This document shows positions 16,502 through 24,239 of a stretch of DNA of 32,000 bases, piece after piece. Where the stretch lies: assembly GCA_026625185.1 (NCBI GenBank), contig CP113000.1:915622-947621 (forward strand), written 5' to 3'. Positions within the stretch are counted from its first letter, which is position 1; each line of letters opens with the position of its first letter. The notes under the pieces were generated by a model, which had not been told where the DNA came from, searched no databases, and saw nothing but the letters and a program-made list of their open reading frames with translations. The stretch is from Thermodesulfobacteriota bacterium (GTDB taxonomy: Bacteria; Desulfobacterota; WTBG01; JAGOGO01). A program made the translations under genes and the position numbers.

Positions 16502-16804
16502 ATGGACGTAAAATCATATTGTGATAGTTTAGTGATTGAACTTACCGGATGGAAAGCGAAAGTATACGATGTAGTAAAGAAATTAGACAAGGTGTCGTCA
16601 GGTGAGAAAGAGAAAGTTGCTGATCAGGTGCGAGATATGCATATTATTATCGAAGAGTTGGATGACAGAATCAATAGACTAAAAAAGGAGTGCCCCATGG
16701 AATGGAATCCGGAAAAAATTGATTTAGAGGGCAAGTTTTCCGGGCTGAAAACAAAATGGGAGAGTGTTTGGCAAAATATTTCCCCAGGGGATATCGGGGG
16801 TTAA
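16502..16804 (+). CDS. Hypothetical protein (helical, charged)
   Basis: 100 aa with strong SD aaaaggagg 7 nt upstream. No family recognised. Confidence 0.6.
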   Translation: MDVKSYCDSLVIELTGWKAKVYDVVKKLDKVSSGEKEKVADQVRDMHIIIEELDDRINRLKKECPMEWNPEKIDLEGKFSGLKTKWESVWQNISPGDIGG

Positions 16805-16854
16805 CTTTACCACCATATTTTGGGTATGTTGCGTGGCTGAGAATGGGGGCAGCC

Positions 16855-17229
16855 TTATCCGTACCCGAGGTCAGCAAGCCGCTCCTCGCTGATGCCGAAA
16901 TAATGCGCGATTTCATGCACCACAGTCTTTTCGATCTGCCGTTCCATCTCCTCGATTGTATCACACCGTTCCTCCAATGGCTCCTGAAACAAAAAGATCG
17001 TATCCGGATACAAAGGTGGTGTTGTGACCGAACGCCTTTCCAAGGAGACCCCTCGGTAGATTCCCAGCAAGGTCTCATGGGGAAGCAAGCCCATTTCTTG
17101 AAGCAGCGCGCGAGAAGGGCGTTTCTGGACAGCAATTAAAATATTCTCAAGGTACTCCCGGAATTCACGGGGGATACGGGTGATCGATTTCTTAACGATT
17201 CTGTCGAATTCCTTTTGACTCACTTTCAT
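16855..17229 (-). CDS. Zincin-like metallopeptidase family protein (DUF1025/Zincin_1-like)
   Basis: 124 aa. HExxH motif in VVHEIAHYFGISEERLADLGYG at the C-terminus, preceded by LGIYRG...IFLFQEPLE. Confidence 0.75.
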   Translation of the reverse strand: MKVSQKEFDRIVKKSITRIPREFREYLENILIAVQKRPSRALLQEMGLLPHETLLGIYRGVSLERRSVTTPPLYPDTIFLFQEPLEERCDTIEEMERQIEKTVVHEIAHYFGISEERLADLGYG

Positions 17230-17247
17230 GGAATATCTGAGAGCACT

Positions 17248-17700
17248 TTACTTGAACGCTTGCGGATCGATAAATAACGCCTCTAATCCAGGCACTTTCG
17301 TTCCGCCTGGTATTAAATATAGGTAGCCCGATAACCGGGCGTGATTATCGAGATCAGAATTGATCAGGTAGGTCAATTCATAGCTTTTGTTTTGGTTAAT
17401 AAACCTGACTCGCAGAACCTTTATTTTATCAGCGGTCGCGGTTTCGATCTTCCCGGCGCCTTCGATTGCTTTGCCGTCAATTGTGCGCCTAACCTGTAGC
17501 CCGTTATCAGTTTTCGTGAATGTTACTTTTCCCGTATAGGTTGTAGATGAGTCGGGCAATCTGCCGATAAGATGATAGGTGCCTTGCAAAAATTCATACA
17601 ATGAATCTTCTTCCGCGCTCTTTCCGGGGCACTGCGCCCAAACCGGCGAAAGAAAGACCGCCGGCAATACGAGGACTAAATAAAAAATTTTTCTATTCAT
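17248..17700 (-). CDS. Hypothetical secreted protein
   Basis: 150 aa. Signal peptide MNRKIFYLVLVLPAVFLSPVWA-QC, beta-rich remainder. No family recognised. Confidence 0.65.
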   Translation of the reverse strand: MNRKIFYLVLVLPAVFLSPVWAQCPGKSAEEDSLYEFLQGTYHLIGRLPDSSTTYTGKVTFTKTDNGLQVRRTIDGKAIEGAGKIETATADKIKVLRVRFINQNKSYELTYLINSDLDNHARLSGYLYLIPGGTKVPGLEALFIDPQAFK

Positions 17701-17759
17701 CCTGCGCTCCCTGAGATCAAGGTGGTGAAGGAAACTTTCACCTTCCTTAAAATTTTCGA

Positions 17760-18104
17760 CTAACCTTTCTTCGGACCCCTTAAGTAGTCGCCCAGCAAAC
17801 CCCGGCTGTGCTCATCGTCGTGGCAGTACACGCACAGGTTTTCCCAGTTGGAGCCGTTCGCGGGATTGTTCATGTGATTTCCGTCTTTGTGATGCACGGT
17901 CAAAAGATGCTTGTCCTTCTGCTCGAACTCTCTGCCGCATTTGGCGCAGATAAGACCGTGAATCTTAAGCGAGCGCTCCCGGTAATCACCTGCGGAAACC
18001 GGAATGTGCTTTCGCAGCTCCTTCAGTATCTCTTCAACCGGTTTGTCTTCACTCTTTTTCTCCGGCCATCGTGTTTTGTGCCTGCTCCCGAATACCCTCC
18101 CCAT
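17760..18104 (-). CDS. yajD: YajD-family HNH endonuclease-like protein
   Basis: 114 aa: YRERSLKIHGLICAKCGREF...LTVHHKDGNHMNNPANGSNWENLCVYCHDDEHSRG parallels E. coli YajD. Confidence 0.85.
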   Translation of the reverse strand: MGRVFGSRHKTRWPEKKSEDKPVEEILKELRKHIPVSAGDYRERSLKIHGLICAKCGREFEQKDKHLLTVHHKDGNHMNNPANGSNWENLCVYCHDDEHSRGLLGDYLRGPKKG

Positions 18105-18146
18105 ACTGTTTATCCTCCTGAAAAGTTGGAACCTTCACCACCAGTA

Positions 18147-18632
18147 TTATATCTCAGTTACGGTCACACGGTCCATTTTGTCGCCCTGCCTAACGGCATC
18201 CACAACCTCCAGCCCTTTTACCACTTTGCCGAACACCGTGTGCTTTCCGTTAAGGTGCGGCTGGGGCGAGTGAGCAATAAAAAACTGGCTCCCGTTGGTG
18301 TTCGGCCCGGCGTTGGCCATTGAAATCGCGCCCCGTTCATGGATGAGCGGATTCCCCGTACATTCATCCTCAAAACGGTATCCTGGCCCGCCGCGTCCGG
18401 TGCCGGTCGGATCGCCCCCCTGGATGACAAAGTCCGGTATCACCCGGTGGAATACCACGCCATCATAAAAACCTTCCTGCGCCAGAAAAACAAAATTGTT
18501 GACGGTCTTGGGCGCATGTTGCGGGTAAAGCTCCAACTCCATGGTTCCTCGGCAGGTTTCGATTGTAATGCCATACATTTTCTTTTCGTCAATCTGCATC
18601 GCGGGCGGACTGTTCCATTGCTTTTTGGCCAT
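18147..18632 (-). CDS. ppiB: Peptidyl-prolyl cis-trans isomerase, cyclophilin type (cytoplasmic)
   Basis: 161 aa: [28 protein letters not shown]...[19 protein letters not shown]...[13 protein letters not shown]. Confidence 0.95.
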   Translation of the reverse strand: MAKKQWNSPPAMQIDEKKMYGITIETCRGTMELELYPQHAPKTVNNFVFLAQEGFYDGVVFHRVIPDFVIQGGDPTGTGRGGPGYRFEDECTGNPLIHERGAISMANAGPNTNGSQFFIAHSPQPHLNGKHTVFGKVVKGLEVVDAVRQGDKMDRVTVTEI

Positions 18633-18791
18633 TTTATTTCTCCTTGGTTAAGGTTTAATAATCGTTTTTTACTCCCCCTTCCTCTCCCCAGTTAGATGAA
18701 TTTTTTGGTAGGGGCAAGCTTTAGCTTGCGCCTTTCGGATGTTTTCTTTCACTAGGTTACGCAGCCTAAAGGCTGCGGCTACCCTTTATTT

Positions 18792-20099
18792 CTAAATTAC
18801 GACACCGCCGGGATTTTGGGTCCGACAAAGAGCGCGACCGGCTACCCATCCGGTTGAAAAAGCCGCCTGCAAATTAAAACCCCCGGTATCAGCGTCAATA
18901 TCAATAACCTCGCCGGCAAAATATAATCCCTTAACCAGTTTCGACTCCATGGTCTGGGGGTTAATCTCCTTGATACTCACTCCGCCGGAAGTGATAATTG
19001 CCTCATCAAAAGAACGATAACCGCTTACCTCAAATGAAAACTCCTTGAGTAGCATCCGCAATCGCTTGCGTTCTTCATTGGCAAGCTGGTTCAGTTGTTT
19101 TTCTTCGGAGATTTTTAATGCTTCAATAAACACCGGCATCAGTTTTCGGGGCAACAGTTTTTTTAATAAACTTTTAAAACTTTGTCTACTGTTTTCGTTT
19201 ATTTCCCGAAGCAGCCTTTTATCCAGAGCTTCATGGTCGAGCGCGGGCTTTAAATCTATCGAAAGAAAAACCGGTTGTTTTTCCTGAAGAAGCTTCACTA
19301 TGTTTCCGCTCAAGGAAAGGATGATCGGCCCGGAAACACCAAAATCAGTAAACAGCATTTCTCCAAACCGTTCATCAACCTTTTTGTTATTAACCAGTAT
19401 TTTTGCCTTAACATTCCGTAAGCTCAATCCTTGAAGTTTTTTTGCCGTATCACCTTTGGTTTCAATCGGCACCAACGCCGGCATGACCGGTGTTACCGTG
19501 TGGCCAAAGTGGGCGGCGAGTTTATACCCCGTTCCGGTCGAACCGGTCCCCGGATACGATTTTCCTCCGGTGGCGACGACAACGTTATCAGCCTCGGTAT
19601 GAATAGATTGACCGGTTTTACTTCCATCCGAATTTTTTTTGTTGATGGAAACAAGAAATTTCCCTTCCGGCGAGGTTGAAATGCCGGTTACCTCCGAACG
19701 CGTGACGAGAGAGATCTTTAAGGCTTTTACCCTGGTAAGCAATGCCTCGACAACTCCCGAAGCCTTATCATTTTGGGGAAAGTACCGCCCTCCCTGCTCA
19801 AGCTTAAAGACCACGCCGAGTTTCTCAAAGTACTCAAGAAGATCGGTATTAAAAAATTCTGCGAACGCAAATTTCAAAAACCGTCCGTTTTTGCCGAAAT
19901 GGGAGAGGAACTCGTTTAACGAGGCGTAATTGGTAATGTTGCACCGCCCTTTGCCGGAAATTCGAAGCTTCAGAGCCGGCCGCGGCATCTTTTCCAGAAT
20001 CAGGATTTTGCGGGAAGGCCTATAGCTCTCAATCCCGGCCATCAATCCCGCCGGCCCCGCGCCAATAATCACAATGTCGTAATGGCGTTCAAACATCAT
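18792..20099 (-). CDS. NAD(P)/FAD-dependent oxidoreductase, HI0933/BaiN-like flavoprotein
   Basis: 435 aa: YDIVIIGAGPAGLMAG, GKGRCNITN, ATGGKSYPGTGSTGTGY, GGVSIKEINPQTMESKLVKGLYFAGEVIDIDADTGGFNLQAAFSTG. Confidence 0.9.
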   Translation of the reverse strand: MMFERHYDIVIIGAGPAGLMAGIESYRPSRKILILEKMPRPALKLRISGKGRCNITNYASLNEFLSHFGKNGRFLKFAFAEFFNTDLLEYFEKLGVVFKLEQGGRYFPQNDKASGVVEALLTRVKALKISLVTRSEVTGISTSPEGKFLVSINKKNSDGSKTGQSIHTEADNVVVATGGKSYPGTGSTGTGYKLAAHFGHTVTPVMPALVPIETKGDTAKKLQGLSLRNVKAKILVNNKKVDERFGEMLFTDFGVSGPIILSLSGNIVKLLQEKQPVFLSIDLKPALDHEALDKRLLREINENSRQSFKSLLKKLLPRKLMPVFIEALKISEEKQLNQLANEERKRLRMLLKEFSFEVSGYRSFDEAIITSGGVSIKEINPQTMESKLVKGLYFAGEVIDIDADTGGFNLQAAFSTGWVAGRALCRTQNPGGVVI

Positions 20100-20128
20100 C
20101 AGGGTGTTTTATCTATTTTTTTGCTCAG

Positions 20129-22057
20129 TTACTTCTTTTCGCTGAAAACAGCCGGCATCTGGTCCGCAAGCCTTTCGGGCGCAAGCCCCAGTCGCTGACG
20201 ATAAACGGCCTTGTTAGTGAAGATCTTTTCAATATAATTTCTGGTTTCAGTAAACGGGATAATTTCAACCCAGATATCCGCAGGCATTGAGCCTTCCACG
20301 GGAAGCCATTTTTTCACCATTCCCGGGCCGGCATTATAAGCGGCGGAGGCAAGCACAGGATTCCTCTGCAGGTCATCAAACCGCATCTTGAGATAACAGG
20401 TTCCGTATTTGATGTTGTTTTCGGGAGAGAGAAGCCACGAAGGATTCGGGAAAGGTTCACCCAGGTGGGAAGCGATTTTTTTTCCGGTGTCCGGCATGAT
20501 CTGCATCACGCCCAGCGCGCCAGCCGGAGATTTGGCGTCGGGAATAAACATGCTTTCCTGCCGTACCAAGGCGAAAATCCAGCCCGGATCAAGACGATTC
20601 TTCCCGGCATATCGATTGATGGACTTCGCATAACAGAGCGGGAAACTGACAACCAGGTCGTCGCATCCTCCGGCAGCGGCTGCAGCTCGGATAGCCCGGT
20701 CATGCCAGCCCATGTCATGGGCCATGATGGCCGCAGCGCTTTGTTGCGTGGGGCCTTTTCCCTTCAGGCATAAAATCCATTCCTTTCGTGCGTCACCAAT
20801 ACGACCCAGGTAAACAAGCTCGACAACTCTCCGGATACCCGGTTCCTGCCGGAATTTCACCATGTTTTCATCGGTAACTGACAACGGCTGATGAATGAAA
20901 TGGCAGGTCTGATTCAAGCGGTCCGCCGCCAGCATAGAAAAATAGTTCGGTTGCCCGGCGATCTCCCGATAGATTGCCGAAGCTTCCTGAAAGCGGTCCA
21001 GTGCCGCAAGAGCCCTGGCTTTCCAGTATAACCAGCGTGGCTCAGCTTTTTCCTGAGCATCAAGATGGTCCCACCCTGACAAGACCGCTTTCCAGTCCTG
21101 CCGGAAGAGCGCGGCTCGGATGCGCCATTCCCTGAGCTTCGGCGTCATCAAATTATCCGGGAGGCCGACAATACGTTCAAGGGCCAGCGGTTGTCTCCTG
21201 AGCGCCAGATACTGGGCGACCTCCTGTTCGATTTTTGACAGATCAAGTTGGGAGAGGTTTTGTTTAGCCTTTAATGTATCAAAAGCCCAGACAGCCCAGG
21301 GTGTGTCCTGCCGGATCAATCTGCCCATTGCCTGGCTAAGGATTTTGCCGGCCACAAATCGGTCGACCCTGGACCAGTCCACGTTAAGTATTTTGACCGG
21401 CTGATTGAAAATATCCAGCCACAGATCAACCAATGGCTTTTTGTCGGTTGTCAGATATCGCTTGAGATATTCGGCCAGAACCGTCTGTCTTTGATCCATG
21501 GTCAGCTCGATCCTTTCCCAGACAAGGTCCGGGGTCAGATTCTTATGAGCATAGAAAAAGTCAAAAAGAGGATAGCATTCTCCGGGCAGGAATCCCTTTT
21601 GGATCCAGAGCTTTTCCGCCTGAACCCAGGCCTTATCGAACTCTCCTGTTTCCAACAGGGACCGAGCGTAAGCATACTGCAAAAACGGGGAGGCAGGTTC
21701 ACGGTAATCCCGCACCAATCTTTGCCATTGATTTTGCGCGGCCAGGTAATTGAGCCAGGCCTGTCTCAATCGACCGGACAGTGGGGATGATTCATACTCG
21801 CTGATGAAAGATAAAATCTCTTTTTCCCTATCGATTCTTATGTTTTTTTGAAAATCCAGAAAAACAAGATACGGATAAAGAGGATAGTCCTTTAACCTGT
21901 TCAGCAATTTACTGAACTTTTTTTGATTTCCGTTTTTAAAGGCGTCTTCCGCGTCAAGAAAGTATTGTCTTTGTTTATTCAGATCAGCCCGGGCCATTGA
22001 AATAAACAAAAAGAAAAATCCAATGCTCATCAGATGCCTTTTAATCCTGCCGGACAT
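20129..22057 (-). CDS. slt: Soluble lytic murein transglycosylase (Slt70-like: superhelical repeat domain plus SLT catalytic domain)
   Basis: 642 aa with a signal peptide. C-terminal SLT motifs: VRQESMFIPDAKSPAGALGVMQIMPDTG ... AAYNAGPGMVKKW. Confidence 0.9.
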   Translation of the reverse strand: MSGRIKRHLMSIGFFFLFISMARADLNKQRQYFLDAEDAFKNGNQKKFSKLLNRLKDYPLYPYLVFLDFQKNIRIDREKEILSFISEYESSPLSGRLRQAWLNYLAAQNQWQRLVRDYREPASPFLQYAYARSLLETGEFDKAWVQAEKLWIQKGFLPGECYPLFDFFYAHKNLTPDLVWERIELTMDQRQTVLAEYLKRYLTTDKKPLVDLWLDIFNQPVKILNVDWSRVDRFVAGKILSQAMGRLIRQDTPWAVWAFDTLKAKQNLSQLDLSKIEQEVAQYLALRRQPLALERIVGLPDNLMTPKLREWRIRAALFRQDWKAVLSGWDHLDAQEKAEPRWLYWKARALAALDRFQEASAIYREIAGQPNYFSMLAADRLNQTCHFIHQPLSVTDENMVKFRQEPGIRRVVELVYLGRIGDARKEWILCLKGKGPTQQSAAAIMAHDMGWHDRAIRAAAAAGGCDDLVVSFPLCYAKSINRYAGKNRLDPGWIFALVRQESMFIPDAKSPAGALGVMQIMPDTGKKIASHLGEPFPNPSWLLSPENNIKYGTCYLKMRFDDLQRNPVLASAAYNAGPGMVKKWLPVEGSMPADIWVEIIPFTETRNYIEKIFTNKAVYRQRLGLAPERLADQMPAVFSEKK

Positions 22058-22277
22058 TTATAACTCCCAAGTAGACACGCACCCCTTTTTTGACCAGGTA
22101 CCTTGACCCCCTGCAGCCTTTAAACCAGTCGTGGAAAATCTTCTCCCAGCTTTTTAAATCAGGTTTTCCGCTTGTCGCCACCTTAAAATCTCCCGTCCCA
22201 ACTGCACGCGGTCAATTAATAAAATTTTTTTGACAATAAAATCCCTCAACCTTTCCCCAAGTTAAGTTATAAGAATT

Positions 22278-22367
22278 TGCTTTCGGTAATTTGTGACCTA
22301 TACGATATGATGCTTGATATCGTATGCGGTATGGCTGGATTTCCGGTAATTCTCCATACCGAAAGCA
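22278..22367 (+). ncRNA. Candidate structured RNA or DNA element (three nested inverted repeats), unclassified
   Basis: P1: tgctttcggta (22278-88) with taccgaaagca (22357-67). P2: atacgatat (22300-08) with atatcgtat (22317-25). P3: ggtatgg (22328-34) with ccatacc (22354-60). The P3 and P1 right arms overlap by 4 nt. The strand is not established. Confidence 0.35.
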
Positions 22368-22400
22368 TACTAAAGTATTCGCCTTAAGGCGAGAGTTTTT
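22367..22400 (+). repeat. Copy 2 of the ATACTAAA-N8-CTTAAGGCGAG-N2-T-run module (hairpin tcgcc-ttaa-ggcga plus T5)
   Basis: Same fixed blocks and spacing as 1053-1088. It directly abuts the three-stem element. Confidence 0.5.
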
Positions 22401-22427
22401 CTCTCATTTTCCGAAGAAGACAATAAA

Positions 22428-22712
22428 CCCCGAAACTGCCGGAAACCTGGGCATCCAGGATGGGAACTGAGCCTGGATTGAATCTCCCCGCGGCTGCTGT
22501 AAATAAATCTGTAAATATTTTGAGGGGATTTCCCCGGGTGGTGGGGTTCATGCCCAGCATGGCTGGTGGTTTCCGGAAGACCCTGGGGAAGAGACGTCAC
22601 TTCATGGGGTCTGGAAATCAAATATCAATATTCTCACTGATGACGATCTGGATCACTTCAACCCGATCAACGGGGGATGGCCTCTCCGGACCTTGCGGTG
22701 CAAGACCTATCC
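22428..22712 (+). ncRNA. Candidate structured non-coding block with cobalamin-riboswitch-like sequence islands (unverified)
   Basis: Long-range helices: 22439-46 with 22569-76, 22447-54 with 22550-57, and 22428-31 with 22585-88. Inner hairpins: CCAGG/CCTGG and CCCC/GGGG. Ordered islands: GGGAA (22462), TTGAATC (22478), CCCCGCGG..CTGTAAA (22486-22503), GGAAGACCC (22575), CACTG (22635), GGGGGATGG (22672), GCAAGACCT (22700). Confidence 0.3.
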
Positions 22713-22762
22713 GTGCGAAAGCTAAGACATTTTTTATAGGTTAACCGTTTTTTTTTAAATCC

Positions 22763-22791
22763 TTGACTGCTTTCCAAATGAGTGATATAAT
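22763..22791 (+). promoter_or_regulatory. Sigma70 promoter driving the cobalamin riboswitch and tonB transcript
   Basis: TTGACT (22763-22768), 17-nt spacer, TATAAT (22786-22791). Confidence 0.7.
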
Positions 22792-22802
22792 AATAAAAAA
22801 AC

Positions 22803-23010
22803 ATAGGAATATAGGTACCGCAAGGTTTAAAAGGGAATCCCGTACAATCGGGAACGGTCCCGCCGCTGTGATCCCGCACCTTACTGAAAAAGTAAGGTAG
22901 GTGCCTTAAACTCACGCAATAGTATCGTGCGGACACAACCACTGTTTTGATTGATCAGGATGGGAAGGTTGGTTTAGGGCGCGGGAAAGTCAGAAGACCT
23001 GCCTATAGGA
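22803..23010 (+). promoter_or_regulatory. Cobalamin (B12) riboswitch aptamer
   Basis: The consensus blocks appear in order: AAAAGGGAA-TCCCGTACAATCGGGA-ACGGTCCCGCCGCTGTGA, then CCACTG (22939-44), GGGAAGG (22962-68), and the B12 box AGTCAGAAGACCTGCC (22988-23003). P1 is ATAGG (22811-15) with CCTAT (23002-06). Confidence 0.9.
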
Positions 23011-23061
23011 CGCAAATTTTCACTGCTTTGCGGAAGATAAAGGGTGAAGTAAACTGGGTGC

Positions 23062-23099
23062 AATCCTTGAATCGATTTGGTTCAAGGATTTTTTGTTTT
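23062..23099 (+). terminator. Riboswitch expression-platform intrinsic terminator
   Basis: AATCCTTGAA-tcgatttgg-TTCAAGGATT followed by TTTTTGTTTT. It lies between the aptamer and the tonB start. Confidence 0.85.
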
Positions 23100-23196
23100 A
23101 TTGGGCTCGGCCATGTTCTTATCATTTATCAAAATAAAGCATTTGGTTATTCCGGAAGCGAAAGAAAAGGCGATTCGTCACCCGCGGATTGATGTA

Positions 23197-24042
23197 ATGG
23201 AAAAACCAGTCAAGCTTTCAGAGCTGCGGCTTAAGAACATGGTCTTTCTTTCCTGCGCGGTCCATTGCGTGCTATTGGCGCTTTTCTTTTTTATACCAGG
23301 GCACCAAAACCGATCCCCTTTAAACCCGCTTGACTGTTCCACGCTGGTAACCATTGTAAATTTAAACGAAATGCCCGGAGGCGAAAATTGTAAGGCGATA
23401 TCCCCTTCCACGGGAACAAAAAAAGAGGAAGCGCCGAACACCCCTCCCATAGCTCAACAACCCAAGAAAAAAACGACTGCCGGTAAAAAACCTTCGGTGT
23501 CAATTGTTTCTGAAAAACCCCCTGCGCCTCGGAAAGAAAATGTAGTGAGCACTTTTTCTGATCCGGTCACCACTTTTCAGGAGGTTTCCCCCGAAACTTC
23601 CACTGTGACTGATTCCGGCAACAATGCCAATTCCAAACTATCAGGAAATTTTGCCGTCGGCAGCAATGAAGCCCTTGCCCTCAAAAACGGATCAGGAGGT
23701 CAAGGAGTGGGGTCTGGACCAGGAGGACGGGGCCGGGGCAGTGGAGGCGGCGTCGCGGGAGACACCTATTTGATGATAGTTCGGGCAAAAATAGAACAAC
23801 ATAAAATCTATCCTCGAGGGGCGAAACTTCGACAAATCAAGGGAACCGTTGTTATCCATTTTATCATTACCCTCGAGGGAATTATAAAAGGAGTCGACGT
23901 GGCTCAAAGCTCAGGATTCACGGTGCTCGATCAGGCCGGGCTCAAAGCAGTAAAAGACGCTTCTCCTTTTCCCAAACCACCCAAGGATTTTTTTCAAACC
24001 CCGGTCTCTATAGAGGTCCCGATTGTGTTTGAGCTTATCTGA
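23197..24042 (+). CDS. tonB: TonB-family energy transducer
   Basis: The ORF-track start 23077 overlaps the terminator, so a start at ATG 23197 (MEKPVKLSELRL...) or ATG 23113 is more likely. Has a TM segment VFLSCAVHCVLLALFFFIPG, Pro/Lys-rich and Gly-rich linkers, and a TonB_C domain YPRGAKLRQIKGTVVIHFIITLEGIIKGVDVAQSSGFTVLDQAGLKAVKDASPFPKPP. Confidence 0.85.
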   Translation: MEKPVKLSELRLKNMVFLSCAVHCVLLALFFFIPGHQNRSPLNPLDCSTLVTIVNLNEMPGGENCKAISPSTGTKKEEAPNTPPIAQQPKKKTTAGKKPSVSIVSEKPPAPRKENVVSTFSDPVTTFQEVSPETSTVTDSGNNANSKLSGNFAVGSNEALALKNGSGGQGVGSGPGGRGRGSGGGVAGDTYLMIVRAKIEQHKIYPRGAKLRQIKGTVVIHFIITLEGIIKGVDVAQSSGFTVLDQAGLKAVKDASPFPKPPKDFFQTPVSIEVPIVFELI

Positions 24043-24239
24043 ATAAATTATTGCCTTGGTTTTAATTTTGCTGGGAATGCGAGCGGTTAAGTTGCTGTTT
24101 CCGATTTTGCGCACCATAGGTCAAGCACCTTTCTTTTATCGTTTTATAAAACTTACTTTCAATTAACAGGAATCTCTCTTTTCAATTAAACGCTCGCTTT
24201 CATAAAGATTAACTGATTCCAAATGTCAATAATTATAAA

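Noticed and set aside
22041-22181. 46-codon GTG-initiated minus-strand ORF (VATSGKPDLKSWEKIFHDWFKGCRGSRYLVKKGVRVYLGVINVRQD*) overlapping the slt start.
   Set aside because: It has a GGGAG 8 nt upstream, but no ATG, no recognisable family, and it overlaps the slt start. It cannot be supported from sequence alone.
22370-22744. 83-aa (-) and 94-aa (+) ORFs in the slt/tonB spacer.
   Set aside because: Their translations are Gly/Pro/Arg/Ser-rich and low-complexity, with no SD. The DNA is better explained by extensive base-pairing (see findings).
23077-23196. ORF-track start of tonB at 23077.
   Set aside because: The first codons would be translated from the riboswitch terminator stem and T-run (23062-23099). 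The start was moved to 23197, with 23113 as the alternative.
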